From NCBI GenBank assembly GCA_028819565.1, contig JAPPLD010000006.1, positions 9,299 through 73,298 on the forward strand: a stretch of 64,000 nucleotides of DNA, given 5' to 3'. Under the pieces are notes generated by a model, which did not search any database, was not told the DNA's origin, and was given only the letters and a program-made list of their open reading frames with translations. Position 1 is the first letter of the stretch. Each line of letters opens with the position of its first letter. Source of the DNA: Gammaproteobacteria bacterium. Its GTDB lineage: Bacteria > Pseudomonadota > Gammaproteobacteria > Poriferisulfidales > Poriferisulfidaceae. The position numbers were made by a program, and so were the translations under genes. This document shows positions 18,664 to 29,932 of this stretch, in pieces.

Positions 18664-18957
18664 ATGGATCTGACCGCCGAGACTGTCCGGGGGATCGCAA
18701 AACTCGCCCGACTCCGCCCGAATCCCGATGAAGAACAGCGCCTGATCCAGGATCTGGGCGCGATTCTCGAGTTTTTCGCCCAACTCAGCGAAGCGGAAGT
18801 CGACGGCATCGAGCCAATGGCGCATCCGCTCGAGGTCGATCAGCGCATGCGCGAGGACGAGGTGACCGAACCCGACCGTCGGGAAGACTACCAGGAGATC
18901 GCCCCGGATGCACGCGAAGGCCTGTACCGGGTCCCGGCCGTGCTGGATTCCGACTGA
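18664..18957 (+). CDS. gatC: Asp-tRNA(Asn)/Glu-tRNA(Gln) amidotransferase subunit C
   Basis: 97 aa; start [17 protein letters not shown]…; immediately upstream of gatA. Confidence 0.85.
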   Translation: MDLTAETVRGIAKLARLRPNPDEEQRLIQDLGAILEFFAQLSEAEVDGIEPMAHPLEVDQRMREDEVTEPDRREDYQEIAPDAREGLYRVPAVLDSD

Positions 18958-20411
18958 TGCACGAGCGAACCCTGCTGGAACAGGCGCAAGCGCTGCAGGA
19001 CGGGGAGGTGTCCAGCGTCGAGCTGACGCAGTTCTATCTCAATCGCATCCAGGCGCACGACGAGTCGCTCAATAGCTTCGTCACCGTGACGGGGGCACAG
19101 GCCTTGGCGCAGGCCGAGGCGGCGGATCGCGCCCGGTCTGCCGGTGAAGCCGGCCCGCTGACTGGCGTGCCGCTGGCGCACAAGGATATCTTCTGCACGC
19201 GCGGTGTACGCACCACCTGCGGGTCCCGGATGCTGGACAACTTCGTCTCGCCGTACGACGCCACGGTCGTGGAACGGCTGCAGGCGGCTGGCATGGTGAT
19301 GCTCGGCAAGACGAACATGGACGAGTTCGCGATGGGTTCCTCCAACGAAAACAGTTGCTATGGCCCGGTCCGCAATCCCTGGGATCCGGAACGGGTCCCG
19401 GGCGGCTCCAGCGGTGGTTCTGCTGCTGCCGTGGCGGCTCGCCTTGCTCCGGCGGCCACCGCGACCGACACCGGCGGGTCCATCCGGCAGCCAGCTACGT
19501 TTTGCGGTGTGACCGGCCTGAAGCCGACCTACGGCCGGGTCTCTCGGTTTGGCATGGTGGCCTATGCCTCCAGTTTGGACCAGGGTGGAATGCTCGGCGT
19601 GAGCGCCGAAGACTGCGCGGCTCTGCTCGGCACGATGGCGGGGTTTGACTCCCGCGATTCGACCAGTGTGGATCATCCCGTGCCGGACTACCAAAAAGAA
19701 CTGAAGCAGCCGGTTGACGGCCTGCGTCTGGGACTACCTAAAGAGTTTTTCGATGATCGGCTGGATGCGCGGATCCGGGCGTCCGTGGAAGAAGCGGTTG
19801 CGGCCTGGGAGGGGCAGGGTGCGCAACTGGTCGAGATCTCATTGCCGAATCTCCCGCTCGCGACGCCGGCCTACTATGTGATTGCCTCAGCCGAATGTTC
19901 ATCCAATCTGGCCCGCTACGATGGGGTGCGCTATGGGCACCGGTGCGCAGACCCGGAAGATCTGGAGGATCTGTTCTGCCGCTCGCGTGAGGAGGGTTTC
20001 GGGGCGGAAGTGCGGCGCCGGATCATGATCGGAACGTATGCCCTGTCTGCCGGTTATCGCGAGGCGTACTACGACCGGGCACGGCGAGTGCGGCAATTGA
20101 TCCGGCGGGATTTCCAGCAAGCGTTCGAAAAGGTCGATGCGATCGCTGCCCCGGTCTCTCCAGTGTTGCCGTTCCGGCTCGGCGAAAAGACGCAGGATCC
20201 GGTGGCGATGTACTTGATCGACTGCTATACCATCCCGGTCAACTTGGCTGGCTTGCCGGGCCTGTCACTGCCGGCGCGGCCAGTGGATGGGCTGCCGACC
20301 GGCGTGCAACTAATCGGGAATTATTTTGACGAAGCGCGGCTGCTCGGACTCGGTGCTGCTTGGCAACGGGAGACGGATTGGCACCGGCAGGTGCCGCCGG
20401 GGTTCGCATGA
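18957..20411 (+). CDS. gatA: Glu-tRNA(Gln) amidotransferase subunit A
   Basis: Amidase signature [12 protein letters not shown], …[22 protein letters not shown]. Confidence 0.95.
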   Translation: MHERTLLEQAQALQDGEVSSVELTQFYLNRIQAHDESLNSFVTVTGAQALAQAEAADRARSAGEAGPLTGVPLAHKDIFCTRGVRTTCGSRMLDNFVSPYDATVVERLQAAGMVMLGKTNMDEFAMGSSNENSCYGPVRNPWDPERVPGGSSGGSAAAVAARLAPAATATDTGGSIRQPATFCGVTGLKPTYGRVSRFGMVAYASSLDQGGMLGVSAEDCAALLGTMAGFDSRDSTSVDHPVPDYQKELKQPVDGLRLGLPKEFFDDRLDARIRASVEEAVAAWEGQGAQLVEISLPNLPLATPAYYVIASAECSSNLARYDGVRYGHRCADPEDLEDLFCRSREEGFGAEVRRRIMIGTYALSAGYREAYYDRARRVRQLIRRDFQQAFEKVDAIAAPVSPVLPFRLGEKTQDPVAMYLIDCYTIPVNLAGLPGLSLPARPVDGLPTGVQLIGNYFDEARLLGLGAAWQRETDWHRQVPPGFA

Positions 20412-21847
20412 GTGAGTGGGAGACCGTGATCGGGCTGGAGATTCATACCCAGCTCTCGACCCGAAGCAAATTGTTCTCCGCTGCCTCGACGCAGTATGGG
20501 GCGGAACCGAACCGCCAAGCCTGCGGCATCGATTTGGCTCTGCCGGGCGTATTGCCGGTGGTCAATTGCGAAGCCATCCGCATGGCGGTCATGTTCGGGC
20601 TTGCGGTCGGCGCGAAGATCCGCACGCCCTGTGTGTTCGCGCGCAAGAATTATTTCTACCCGGACCTCCCCCGTGGCTACCAGATCAGCCAGTACGAACT
20701 GCCGATCGTCGAGGGTGGCACGGTCGAGATCGAACTGCAGGACGGCAGCCATCGGCAAATCGAACTGACCCGGGCGCATCTGGAGGAGGATGCTGGCAAG
20801 TTGCTGCACGAGGGCTACGCCGGCGAAAGCGCGGTAGACCTCAACCGCGCCGGTGTGCCGCTGATGGAAATCGTCTCGGAGCCGCAGATGCGAAGCCCCG
20901 AGGAAGCTTCCGCCTACATGCGGACTTTGCACGGCATCGTCACCTTCTTGGGGATCTGTGACGGCAATATGGAGCAAGGCTCGTTCCGCTGCGACGCGAA
21001 CATCTCCATGCGGCAGAAGGGCGAAAAAGAGTTGGGCGTAAAGGTCGAACTAAAAAACATCAACTCGTTCCGCTTCGTGGAGCGTGCCCTGCGCTATGAA
21101 CAACAGCGCCAGGTCGATGCGCTGGAGTCCGGCAAACCGATCATCCAGGAAACCCGACAGTACGATCCGGGAACCGACCGTACCCGCCCGATGCGAGTCA
21201 AGGAATATGCAGACGATTACCGGTATTTTCCGGATCCTGATCTGCTGCCGGTGGTTGTCGATGAATCCATTCAGGCGGAACTGGCCGAATCGCTTCCGGA
21301 ACTACCGCAGGCGCGCAAGACCCGGCTGATCGATCAGCACGCGCTGTCCGCCGACCTGGCCACCGTGCTGGTGCAGAGCCGGCAGTGGGCCGATTATTTC
21401 GAGGCGACCGTTGAAGCGGGTGCCAGTGCCTCCACTGCGGCGCGCTGGATCACCGGCGAGGTGTTCGCCCGGATGCACAAGGAGTCGACCGAGTTGGCCG
21501 AGCCGCCGGTATCGGCGGATTCGCTGGCGCAATTGCTGAAGTGCATCGACTCCGGTGTCGTGTCCAACAGTGCGGCGAAGGAAGTGCTGGCCGCGATGTG
21601 GAAAGGTGAAGGCGAGGCCGAGGAGATCATCGAGGTGCGGGGTCTCCGTCAGGTCGGTGCGGGAGCTGATCTGGACCAATGGGTCGATCAGGCCATCGAG
21701 GCACACCCGGACGAAGTGGAACAGTACCGCGGCGGCAAGGACCGCCTGCTCGGGTTCTTCGTCGGGCAAGTGATGAAGGCGTCAGGCGGGAAGGCAGACC
21801 CGAAGCAGGTCAGCGAACAACTGCGCACAAAACTTCAGTCCGATTGA
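20408..21847 (+). CDS. gatB: Asp-tRNA(Asn)/Glu-tRNA(Gln) amidotransferase subunit B
   Basis: Starts [16 protein letters not shown] (ATGA overlap with the gatA stop). The ORF-track start at 20360 is an upstream extension. Confidence 0.95.
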   Translation: MSEWETVIGLEIHTQLSTRSKLFSAASTQYGAEPNRQACGIDLALPGVLPVVNCEAIRMAVMFGLAVGAKIRTPCVFARKNYFYPDLPRGYQISQYELPIVEGGTVEIELQDGSHRQIELTRAHLEEDAGKLLHEGYAGESAVDLNRAGVPLMEIVSEPQMRSPEEASAYMRTLHGIVTFLGICDGNMEQGSFRCDANISMRQKGEKELGVKVELKNINSFRFVERALRYEQQRQVDALESGKPIIQETRQYDPGTDRTRPMRVKEYADDYRYFPDPDLLPVVVDESIQAELAESLPELPQARKTRLIDQHALSADLATVLVQSRQWADYFEATVEAGASASTAARWITGEVFARMHKESTELAEPPVSADSLAQLLKCIDSGVVSNSAAKEVLAAMWKGEGEAEEIIEVRGLRQVGAGADLDQWVDQAIEAHPDEVEQYRGGKDRLLGFFVGQVMKASGGKADPKQVSEQLRTKLQSD

Positions 21848-21871
21848 GGTTGGGAATACAGGAGGGAGTCG

Positions 21872-22645
21872 ATGAAAACCACCTTTTCACTGATATTGCT
21901 GCTGGCTTGTGGTTCGGCCACAGCCGAAATCGTCGAGGAAACGGTCGATTTCGAGTACAACGGCGCCCCGCACAAGGGATATCTCTACTACGACGACAGT
22001 CACTCGGACAAGCGCCCCGGCATTCTGGTGGTGCATGAATGGTGGGGATTGAACGCCTACGCACGCGAACGTGCGAAGCAGATGGCCGCCGACGGCTATG
22101 TGGCTTTCGCTATGGACATGTATGGCGCGGGCATGGTGACCGAACATCCCAAACAGGCCGGCGAATGGATGACGCAGGTCACCAGCAATGTCGCGGACTG
22201 GCAGAAGCGTGCGCAGTTGGGGGTCGAGTTACTGCGCAGCCACGAAATGACGGATGGTGACAACATCGCCGCGATCGGCTACTGCTTCGGCGGAGCGACC
22301 GTCATGCAACTCGCTTACAGCGGTGCGGACGTCAAGGGCGTGGTCAGCCTGCACGGCTCGCTGCCGCCGGCCTCCGCCGAACAGACGAAAGCGATTCAGG
22401 CGGCAATACTAGTCGAACACGGCAACGACGACCCATTCGTTCCGGAGGAAAGAGTCCGCGAGTTTCGCGCAGCACTGGATGCGGCGGGAATCGAATATAC
22501 CTTTAGTGGCTACGACGGCGTGCGCCATGGCTTCACCAACCCAGACGTCGCCAAGTACGGCACCGAGGCCCTGAAATACGACGCTCACGCCGACCGGCAG
22601 TCGACCGAGAACATGCGGGCGTTCTTCGAGAAGATCTTCCAGTAG
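21872..22645 (+). CDS. dienelactone hydrolase family protein (secreted)
   Basis: Signal peptide; …PGILVVHEWWGLN… and the alpha/beta-hydrolase nucleophile region are typical of the DLH family. Confidence 0.7.
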   Translation: MKTTFSLILLLACGSATAEIVEETVDFEYNGAPHKGYLYYDDSHSDKRPGILVVHEWWGLNAYARERAKQMAADGYVAFAMDMYGAGMVTEHPKQAGEWMTQVTSNVADWQKRAQLGVELLRSHEMTDGDNIAAIGYCFGGATVMQLAYSGADVKGVVSLHGSLPPASAEQTKAIQAAILVEHGNDDPFVPEERVREFRAALDAAGIEYTFSGYDGVRHGFTNPDVAKYGTEALKYDAHADRQSTENMRAFFEKIFQ

Positions 22646-22655
22646 GTTGCCCTGC

Positions 22656-23252
22656 TTAGACGGTGCCCTGTTGACCTTGCACGCGGGCGGCCCTGAGGAC
22701 CGGTGCAAGATCCTTCTTCCGGAGGAGGTCGAGGGGACGCTTGCCGTGGGATGCGTCGTTTTCGCTTAGGAAAAAGATGAAGCGCGTCCATGGGTCTTCA
22801 TTGGCCAGCAACTCAAGTACTTCGGGCATGCCTGCAAGTGGCTCGGACCCGTCGAATTGCCAGTATGGATACAGGTATCCACGCGGCCCTTCAACGGCAA
22901 GCAATTTGTTTGCGGACCGGCGTTGCCCGACGGATTGGCGGCTGACGCCAAGGAGCTTGGCAACGGACGAGGGAGACAAGACCCCGCCGTCACTTTCCAG
23001 CAGTTCGCGCCGTGCGAGTGCGCCGCGGAGGCGCACCTTGAGTTCCGGGGAATCTGCTATCGGGGCGAGGGCAAGCATGTTCAGGATCGTCCAAAAATCA
23101 TTGCTCGCAGACAAAGCTTGAGTCTGCTCCTGTCGCGAAAGGGAGCGGAAAGCGACCAGGAAATACCGCTGAATCCGATTCATCAATGCCGCTTCGGCAG
23201 GATTGCGCGGGGAGCTTGGTTCAGACAGGTTCTGATTGGTGCTCTTTTTCAT
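22656..23252 (-). CDS. Xre-like HTH + DUF2384 (antitoxin Xre/MbcA/ParS-type toxin-binding domain) protein, orphan
   Basis: HTH segment SVAKLLGVSRQSVGQRRSANKLLAVE. The C-terminal …DPWTRFIFFLSENDASHGKRPLDLLRKKDLAPVLRAARV resembles the DUF2384 signature. Start set at ATG 23252 (MKKSTNQNL…). No RES toxin gene adjacent. Confidence 0.5.
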   Translation of the reverse strand: MKKSTNQNLSEPSSPRNPAEAALMNRIQRYFLVAFRSLSRQEQTQALSASNDFWTILNMLALAPIADSPELKVRLRGALARRELLESDGGVLSPSSVAKLLGVSRQSVGQRRSANKLLAVEGPRGYLYPYWQFDGSEPLAGMPEVLELLANEDPWTRFIFFLSENDASHGKRPLDLLRKKDLAPVLRAARVQGQQGTV

Positions 23253-23263
23253 ATGCAGTGCTC

Positions 23264-23291
23264 TTGACAGGAGCAATCTTTACGATACATT
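23264..23291 (+). promoter_or_regulatory. sigma70-like promoter (TTGACA-16-TACATT) upstream of the 23391 membrane-protein gene
   Basis: Perfect -35 TTGACA at 23264-23269, 16-nt spacer, -10 TACATT at 23286-23291. Confidence 0.3.
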
Positions 23292-23390
23292 ATATGAAAG
23301 ATTCGTAAAGATCGTAAACCTACTCTTGCTGCCAACCAAAAGCCGCATCACGTGAAATTGGATTATGGAATTTTCTCAGAATAGGACGAA

Positions 23391-23987
23391 GTGATGTGGC
23401 AACCCTATGACGGCCTCATAGGCGCATTTATGTTTTTGCTGCCAGGCCTTGTGGCAGCAAGCATCTTTCAGGCGCTTATATCAAACCGAAAGCCAACTGC
23501 ATTCGACCTGATCGTTCGGGCTTTCATTTTCACCATGGCCGTAGGGTTTGTAGTGGAATCGGCAGTTTGGATTGCCAACGTTGCGGAGTGGGGCATTTCA
23601 GTGGAGGGCTCGATTTTTGTTCCAGCGATTGTCGCCGTCCTGCTCGGACTAGGATTTGCATACGTATGGAATAACGATCTCTTGCATAAGCTGCTTCGGC
23701 GGCTGAAGATGACAAGGCAGAGTTCCTACCAATCTGCACAATATTCAGCTTTTGCATTCCATCAAAACTGTTACGTCGTATTGCATTTGAAACGGGGACG
23801 TCGCTTATACGGCTGGCCCCAGGAATGGCCCAGCCGGCCGGATGATCAGCATTTCTTGATAGAAGAGTGCGAATGGCTCGCTGGCAAGGAGCGACATCCC
23901 ATCGAGGGGGTCTCTCACATCTTGATTCCTGCGCCGGAAGTGGAAATGATAGAATTTCTACCAAGAATTCCAAGTGCGGGCAAATGA
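23391..23987 (+). CDS. hypothetical membrane protein (3 predicted TM helices + soluble domain)
   Basis: 198-aa ORF with a hydrophobic N-terminal third; low-GC locus. Confidence 0.4.
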   Translation: MMWQPYDGLIGAFMFLLPGLVAASIFQALISNRKPTAFDLIVRAFIFTMAVGFVVESAVWIANVAEWGISVEGSIFVPAIVAVLLGLGFAYVWNNDLLHKLLRRLKMTRQSSYQSAQYSAFAFHQNCYVVLHLKRGRRLYGWPQEWPSRPDDQHFLIEECEWLAGKERHPIEGVSHILIPAPEVEMIEFLPRIPSAGK

Positions 23988-24118
23988 TGACAACTCAGCA
24001 AAATATGCCTCCTAAATCCGGCAAAACTCTGCCGGTACAAGACGGCGTCTCGCCTAAACAGGAAGGTTTTATGAAGCCCCCGCCCCCGCCTCCGCCTCCG
24101 CCGCCTGAAAAGAAGTAG
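23984..24118 (+). CDS. small ORF ending in a 10-proline run (MMTTQQ…KPPPPPPPPPPEKK); may be non-coding
   Basis: 44 codons. The ATG overlaps the stop of the upstream gene (ATGATGA). The (CCG/CCT)n tract at ~24075-24107 encodes the poly-Pro. Confidence 0.2.
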   Translation: MMTTQQNMPPKSGKTLPVQDGVSPKQEGFMKPPPPPPPPPPEKK

Positions 24119-24270
24119 CGGTGCTGGCTAAAGAAAAAGTTTTTCGCCAGTCGTGTAGAGGAAGAAGGCAAGGCGCATTGCCTAGACCCAAGCCTGTCGC
24201 CAAATCAATTTTCCTGCCGCCTCCATGGGCAAAAGCGGAAACAAATCTAGCAGCCTATCCCGTCTCAAAA

Positions 24271-25134
24271 TTACCTGCCGAGCCTATGATGCTGGAGTGA
24301 CGCCAGGCAGACTCTCGGCAAGCCAGCCAGGTCAAGCAGCGTCTTTGCCCGCCCCCAGCCCGCCCGCCGAACAATCTTCCGGCACACATCACCCTGGTTT
24401 GCCCCATGTTCCAGCAATAGCCGGGTGCGCCGGTGCGCATGGCGGCGCGCTTGCGCGGCCAGAACCCGGATTGTTTGGGTTCCCCGAGCCGGGGTGACCA
24501 GCGCAGAGCGGGGCTCTTGGCAGACTCCGGGAGATTGCAGGTGCGAATCGTGCAGGGCCACGTAGGGCGGGTTTCCCAGAATCAGGTCGAAAGTTCCCTC
24601 GGGCCAGGGATGACGCCAGTCGGCCCGCACAAATCGGACATTCTTCAAGCGCAGCCGCAGGGCATTGCTCTGAGCCAGCTTGACCGCAGCACGCGAATGA
24701 TCCAAGGCCAGTATTTGGCAGTCAGGCCGAGCGCGGGCGATGGCCAGGGCGAGCACGCCGCTGCCGGTGCCCCATTCGAGAACGCGCGCCCGGTGCGGAA
24801 GCCCGTGCAGAGCCTGTTCCACGAGCAGTTCGGTTTCTGGGCGGGGTGCCAGAACCTGAGAGGTGAGCCGGACCGAAAAGTCCAGGAATTCACACTCGCC
24901 GCAAAGATGGGCAACCGAATGGCCATCCTGTCGGCGACAAATCAAGGATTCGCCCCGCGCCTGCTCGGCTGGCGTCAGCGGCCATTCCGGATGCGTGAGA
25001 AGCCAACTGCGGGAGCGGTGCAGGGCATGGCTCCACAGCCATTCGGCATCGACCGCCGGGCTGTCACTGCAGGAAGCCAGTTGGGTACGGGATTCGAGCA
25101 GCGCTTGGCGGAGGGTGAGCGGCTCAGCCGCCAC
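24271..25134 (-). CDS. prmC: release factor glutamine N5-methyltransferase PrmC/HemK
   Basis: NPPY catalytic motif (LILGNPPYV) and an AdoMet-binding region; follows prfA with an 11-nt overlap. Confidence 0.9.
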   Translation of the reverse strand: MAAEPLTLRQALLESRTQLASCSDSPAVDAEWLWSHALHRSRSWLLTHPEWPLTPAEQARGESLICRRQDGHSVAHLCGECEFLDFSVRLTSQVLAPRPETELLVEQALHGLPHRARVLEWGTGSGVLALAIARARPDCQILALDHSRAAVKLAQSNALRLRLKNVRFVRADWRHPWPEGTFDLILGNPPYVALHDSHLQSPGVCQEPRSALVTPARGTQTIRVLAAQARRHAHRRTRLLLEHGANQGDVCRKIVRRAGWGRAKTLLDLAGLPRVCLASLQHHRLGR

Positions 25135-26212
25135 CGTCCTGATCGGCCAGTTGCATGGCCTGGTGTTCTTGCCGCAAGGGGTTGATGACCGGATTGAGAT
25201 CGCCTTCGAGCATCTCGTGCAGGGAATGCAGGGTCAGCCCGATTCGGTGGTCGGTGACGCGACTCTGCGGGAAGTTGTAGGTTCGGATCCGTTCGGAACG
25301 GTCGCCACTGCCGATCAAGTCGCGGCGGAGGCTGGCTTCTTCCTCGGCGCGCCGCTGGCGCTCCCGATCCAGCAGTCGTGCCCTCAACAGGGACATGGCC
25401 TGCTCCCGGTTGCGGTGTTGCGAGCGTTCATCCTGGCATTCGATCACGAGTCCGGTGGGCAGGTGCGTGATGCGCACGGCGGAGTCGGTCTTGTTCAGGT
25501 GCTGGCCCCCGGCGCCGGAAGCGCGGAACCGGTCGACACGCAGGTCTTCCGGGGGCAGTTCGATCTCGCCGATATCTTCGGTTTCCGGGAAGACTGCGAC
25601 GGTGGCCGCCGAAGTATGGATCCGGCCTTGTGATTCCGTCTGCGGGACGCGTTGCACCCGGTGCACGCCGGACTCGAACTTGAGGCGGGCGTAGGCGTCT
25701 CGCCCGCGCACGCGCGCCACCACTTCGCGGAATCCACCTTGCTCGCCCTCGTTGTGGTTGAGCGATTCGATCTGCCAGCCGTTCTGCTCGGCATAACGGC
25801 TGTACATCCGGAACAGGTCACCGGCGAACAGGGCAGCTTCGTGGCCGCCGGTACCGGCTCGGATCTCCAGGAACGCGTTGCACTGGTCGTGCGGGTCGAC
25901 CGGGACCAGCAGTTCCTCGATTTCTTTCTCGATTTCACCCATCCGTTGCTGCAGGCGTACGCGTTCCTCATCGGCCAGGGCACGCAGCGCGGCATCAGGT
26001 TCGTCCTTCAGTTCGGAGATCGATTCCAGTTCCTGCTGGCAGGCTTGATGGTCCTGGTATCGGTCCACCAGCGGTGCCAGTCTTGCGAATTCACTGGACA
26101 GGTCGCGGTGGCGCGTCCGGTCGGATAGCACCTCGGGGTCCGCAAGTTGTTCTTGAATCCAGGCATGGCGTTCGACCGAGCGGTCAAGCCGGGCCTGAAG
26201 CGACTCCCTCAT
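25124..26212 (-). CDS. prfA: peptide chain release factor 1
   Basis: …[31 protein letters not shown]… and a GGQ motif region. Start set at MRESLQARL (26212), which overlaps the hemA stop (ATGA). The ORF-track start at 26344 is an extension. Confidence 0.9.
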   Translation of the reverse strand: MRESLQARLDRSVERHAWIQEQLADPEVLSDRTRHRDLSSEFARLAPLVDRYQDHQACQQELESISELKDEPDAALRALADEERVRLQQRMGEIEKEIEELLVPVDPHDQCNAFLEIRAGTGGHEAALFAGDLFRMYSRYAEQNGWQIESLNHNEGEQGGFREVVARVRGRDAYARLKFESGVHRVQRVPQTESQGRIHTSAATVAVFPETEDIGEIELPPEDLRVDRFRASGAGGQHLNKTDSAVRITHLPTGLVIECQDERSQHRNREQAMSLLRARLLDRERQRRAEEEASLRRDLIGSGDRSERIRTYNFPQSRVTDHRIGLTLHSLHEMLEGDLNPVINPLRQEHQAMQLADQDGGG

Positions 26213-27474
26213 GAGTCCGAGGAACGGGTCTTGAGCAGGGTGCGTGCCGCGTCGAGCAGGGAGTGGTCGTTGTCCTGGCCCGCCTCGTTCAGGGCTTGGG
26301 TTGGGTGGTGCGTCAGGCGGTTGCACAGCGTGTGGGCGAGCCACTCCAGCGTCTCGTCAGTGCCGCGGCCGCGCTTCAGCCGCTGTTGCGCCTGCTCCAG
26401 TGTCTCGTCCCGCAACTGCTGAGCCTGGTCGCGGTAGTCCCGAATCAGGGCGAACGCGGATTCGCCTTGTGCGCGTCGCGCGAACTCTTCAACTTGCTGG
26501 TCGATGATTGCGCTGGCTTCCCGGCGGGCGTTCTCTCGGGATTGCAGGTTTTTCTCGATGACTTGGCGTAAATCCTCTTGGGTGTACAGGTAGACGTCGG
26601 GAAGGCTCGCGATCTGCGGTTCGATGTCGCGCGGCACCGCCAGGTCCACCATGTAAATCGGCCGGTGTTTGCGCCGCCGGACGGCGTCTTCGACCATTCC
26701 CTTGCCGAGAACCGGCACCGGGCTCGCCGTACTGCTGATGACGATGTCTGCGTCCTCCATAGCGTGGTTGATGTGGGACATCGGGATGGCGTGCGCCAGC
26801 AGTTCCCGGGCCAATTTCTGGGCACGGTCCAGGCTACGGTTGGCGATGGTCAGGTGGCCGATCCCGGCATCGTTCAGGTAGCGCGCCACCAGTCGCGCGG
26901 CCTCGCCGGCTCCAATCACCAGTGCCCGGCGTTCCTGTAACTGGTCAAAAAACTGCTTGGTGAGCGAGACGGCAACGTGGGCGATGGAGACTGGATTCCG
27001 GCTGATTTCGGTCAACGTGCGGACTTTCTTCGCCGCCGCGAAGGTGTGCTGGATCAGGTGATGCAGTTCTCCGCCCAGCGCGCCAGCCTGCTCCGCATCG
27101 CGTGAGGCCTGCTTGAATTGACCGAGAATCTCCGGTTCGCCGGGCACCATGGAGTCCAGCCCACTGGCGACTTCGATGGCGTGGCGCACCGCATCGTCGG
27201 CCGTGTACCAGTACAGCGCATCCTGCAGGGCCGTTGGGTCCACCTGGTGCCAGTGGCAGAGCCAGTCCCGGGCCTGTGCGAGATCCTCTGCGGTGTCGTG
27301 GCTGAGATACAGTTCGGTGCGGTTGCAGGTGGACAGGATGACCGCTGCGCTGATGTTCGGCAACGACACCAATTCCTTGAGGGCGGCATTCAGCGCATCC
27401 GGAGTGAACGCGATTTTCTCGCGCAGGTCCAGACTGGCGGTTCGATGATTGATGCCAAGGGTGGCCAATGCCAT
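26209..27474 (-). CDS. hemA: glutamyl-tRNA reductase
   Basis: [20 protein letters not shown]…; GAGE NAD(P)-binding site; classic hemA-prfA-prmC operon order. Confidence 0.95.
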   Translation of the reverse strand: MALATLGINHRTASLDLREKIAFTPDALNAALKELVSLPNISAAVILSTCNRTELYLSHDTAEDLAQARDWLCHWHQVDPTALQDALYWYTADDAVRHAIEVASGLDSMVPGEPEILGQFKQASRDAEQAGALGGELHHLIQHTFAAAKKVRTLTEISRNPVSIAHVAVSLTKQFFDQLQERRALVIGAGEAARLVARYLNDAGIGHLTIANRSLDRAQKLARELLAHAIPMSHINHAMEDADIVISSTASPVPVLGKGMVEDAVRRRKHRPIYMVDLAVPRDIEPQIASLPDVYLYTQEDLRQVIEKNLQSRENARREASAIIDQQVEEFARRAQGESAFALIRDYRDQAQQLRDETLEQAQQRLKRGRGTDETLEWLAHTLCNRLTHHPTQALNEAGQDNDHSLLDAARTLLKTRSSDS

Positions 27475-27563
27475 AATGATACGGTTTCCCGAGCCCGATT
27501 GCTGCGACGGCTGTCTTGTTCATTTTACGCCAAAAATCCCTTTTCATAAGGCTACTTGCGAGC

Positions 27564-29336
27564 ATGAACCGGAACCATTCCAAGGTTGCGGGGCTGATTT
27601 TGCTGTTCGGGTTGGCATCAGGCTGCCAAACTCTGCCTGAGCCGACCGTAACGTCTGGGACGCCCGGAACGATCGAAAAGGCTGAAACAGCCGAAACTCC
27701 GGTCGCAGACTTGATGTACGAGTTGCTGCAGGGCGAGATGAGCGGGTTCCGCGGAGACCTGCCGGCGGCATTCGAGCATTATTACCAGGCATCCCTGCTG
27801 ACGGACGATCCCCAGGTTGCCTCGCGGGCGACCGAGATTGCCCTGTGGATGCAGGATCCGGACCGCGTGCTGAAAGCTGCCTTGCGCTGGCGGGAGTTGG
27901 TGCCGGAAAACCCACATCCCTTGCGTGTGCTGGGCTCCCTCCATGCGGCCCGCGGGGAAATTCCAGCTGCACTTGAAGCATACGAGGAGTCTATCGAAGT
28001 GTCGCCGCTCAGCCTGGAGCTGGACCTCCTTGCGGCCTCAAACTCCCTCTCGACGCCAGAGGCGCAGTCGGCCCGGCTCGAAGTCCTTCGGGGGCTCACG
28101 AAAATCTATCCGAAAAGTGCACACGCACACCTCCATGTGGCTGGCATTGCGCGCGTAGAAGAGAAGATGGACGAGGCCTTGGCGGCAGTGCGCCGAGCCT
28201 CTGAACTCCTCCCGCAGTGGCCGGAGGCGATCACTCTGCAGGCCGACATCCTGCGCTCAATGGAGCGCACCGAAGAGGCGGTTGAGCTGCTGCGGGAAGC
28301 GTTGGCGGAACCGATTCAGAACGCGCAGCGCCTGCGCCAGATGATGGCGGACTTGCTCAACAGCCTGGGACGACAGGACGAGGCGCGGAAACAATTCGAG
28401 AAGTTGCTCGAATCCGACCCGGGCAACCCGCACTGGCAGATGACTCTCGGTTCCTTGGCGCTTTTGGCGGGCGACTGGAAGGAGTCCGAGACGCACTTCC
28501 TCGCACTCGCCTCCAACCCCCGGCCACTGGTATCCGGTCAGCCGCAGGCGCTGAACCGTTCGGTCAGCGCTTACTTTCTCGGGCTCGTTACCGAAGAGAC
28601 CGGAGAGGAGAAGAAGGCCATGGACTACTACTACCAGGTCGAGGAGCGGGACTATTTTGGAGTCGACGAGTATTACCAGAAGGCGCGAGTGCGGATTGCC
28701 CACCTGCTCTTGAACGCGGGAACTCTCGAACAGGCACGCATGCACCTGAAGGTGTCGCGCGGACGCAGCCAGCGCGAGGAAAGCGTGGTGCAACTGTACG
28801 TTGCGGAAGGAGACCTGCTGTACGGGCTGAAGCAGTATGACGCTGGGTTTGCCTTGTTGAACAAGGCCTTGGAGGAATATCCGGGGCAGGCGTCGTTGCT
28901 GTACAGTCGCGCCTTGCTGGCAGAACGGATGGGTCGGATCGATTGGCTGGAGCGGGATCTCCAGGCGGTGCTTGCGGAAGATCCGGACAACCCCCAGGCG
29001 CTCAATGCGCTCGGCTACACTTGGGCGGATCACAACCTCAACCTTGAACTGGCGCTGGAATATATCGAGCGGGCGCACGCGCAGCTTCCGGACGATGCGG
29101 CAGTCACCGATAGCCTGGGCTGGGTCCATTACCGGCTCGGCAATCTCGAGAAGGCGGAAGCGTTGCTGCGGCGAGCATTCTCGCTGTTGACCGAAGGAGA
29201 AATTGCGGCGCACTTGGTCGAGGTGCTCTGGGTGCGGGGGCAGCACGAGGAAGCGCGCAGGATTTATCGCGAAGCCATCGACCAGCTTCCGGATGACGAA
29301 TTTTTGGCTCAGGTCGCCCAGCGTTTCTCCTTATGA
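27564..29336 (+). CDS. TPR-repeat lipoprotein
   Basis: Lipobox LASGC after the signal peptide, then multiple TPR repeats. Same position as the TPR gene upstream of lolB-ipk-prs in Pseudomonas. Confidence 0.8.
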   Translation: MNRNHSKVAGLILLFGLASGCQTLPEPTVTSGTPGTIEKAETAETPVADLMYELLQGEMSGFRGDLPAAFEHYYQASLLTDDPQVASRATEIALWMQDPDRVLKAALRWRELVPENPHPLRVLGSLHAARGEIPAALEAYEESIEVSPLSLELDLLAASNSLSTPEAQSARLEVLRGLTKIYPKSAHAHLHVAGIARVEEKMDEALAAVRRASELLPQWPEAITLQADILRSMERTEEAVELLREALAEPIQNAQRLRQMMADLLNSLGRQDEARKQFEKLLESDPGNPHWQMTLGSLALLAGDWKESETHFLALASNPRPLVSGQPQALNRSVSAYFLGLVTEETGEEKKAMDYYYQVEERDYFGVDEYYQKARVRIAHLLLNAGTLEQARMHLKVSRGRSQREESVVQLYVAEGDLLYGLKQYDAGFALLNKALEEYPGQASLLYSRALLAERMGRIDWLERDLQAVLAEDPDNPQALNALGYTWADHNLNLELALEYIERAHAQLPDDAAVTDSLGWVHYRLGNLEKAEALLRRAFSLLTEGEIAAHLVEVLWVRGQHEEARRIYREAIDQLPDDEFLAQVAQRFSL

Positions 29337-29929
29337 GGAAAGCAGGACTCGGCCTGTTGGCGGCGCTTCTGCTGACGGGATGCCCACTGTTCGAAATGCC
29401 GGGAGAGGCCGGACTGGGAGAGATCCGGCTCTGGGAAGAGCACCGCCAGAGCGTGGCGGACCTCCAGGATTGGGGGTTGCAAGGCCGCTTCGGTCTGCAA
29501 TGGAGCGACGGCCAGGTTCAGGGTCGTCTGCAGTGGCGCCAGGCGGGCGCGGACTTTGAACTGCAGTTGAGCGGGCCGTTCGGGCTGAATCCGGTACACG
29601 TGACCGGCAACCTGCAGACGGGTCAGGCGACCTTGGACGATGGGGAAGAGACGCTTCAGGGAGAATTCGGAACGATCATGCAGGAGCGTCTGGGTTTTGC
29701 ACTGCCGCTGGCGGAACTGGTGAATCTCGTGCGCGGCATTCCGATCTCCGACGCGAGCGAGGTGGTGCTCGACGGGAAAGCCCGGGCCCTGCGCATCCTT
29801 CAGGAGGGATGGGAAATCAACTACCGCGACTATAGCTGCTGCGAGGAACCGACCTTGCCGGGCAGGGTACGCTTTGCCCAGGAGGCGATGCGAGGCGTGC
29901 TGGTTGTTCGCGAATGGAGCCGGAACTAA
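29333..29929 (+). CDS. lolB: outer-membrane lipoprotein LolB
   Basis: Lipobox LLTGC; ~200 aa; position upstream of ispE. Confidence 0.8.
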   Translation: MRKAGLGLLAALLLTGCPLFEMPGEAGLGEIRLWEEHRQSVADLQDWGLQGRFGLQWSDGQVQGRLQWRQAGADFELQLSGPFGLNPVHVTGNLQTGQATLDDGEETLQGEFGTIMQERLGFALPLAELVNLVRGIPISDASEVVLDGKARALRILQEGWEINYRDYSCCEEPTLPGRVRFAQEAMRGVLVVREWSRN

Positions 29930-29932
29930 TCG

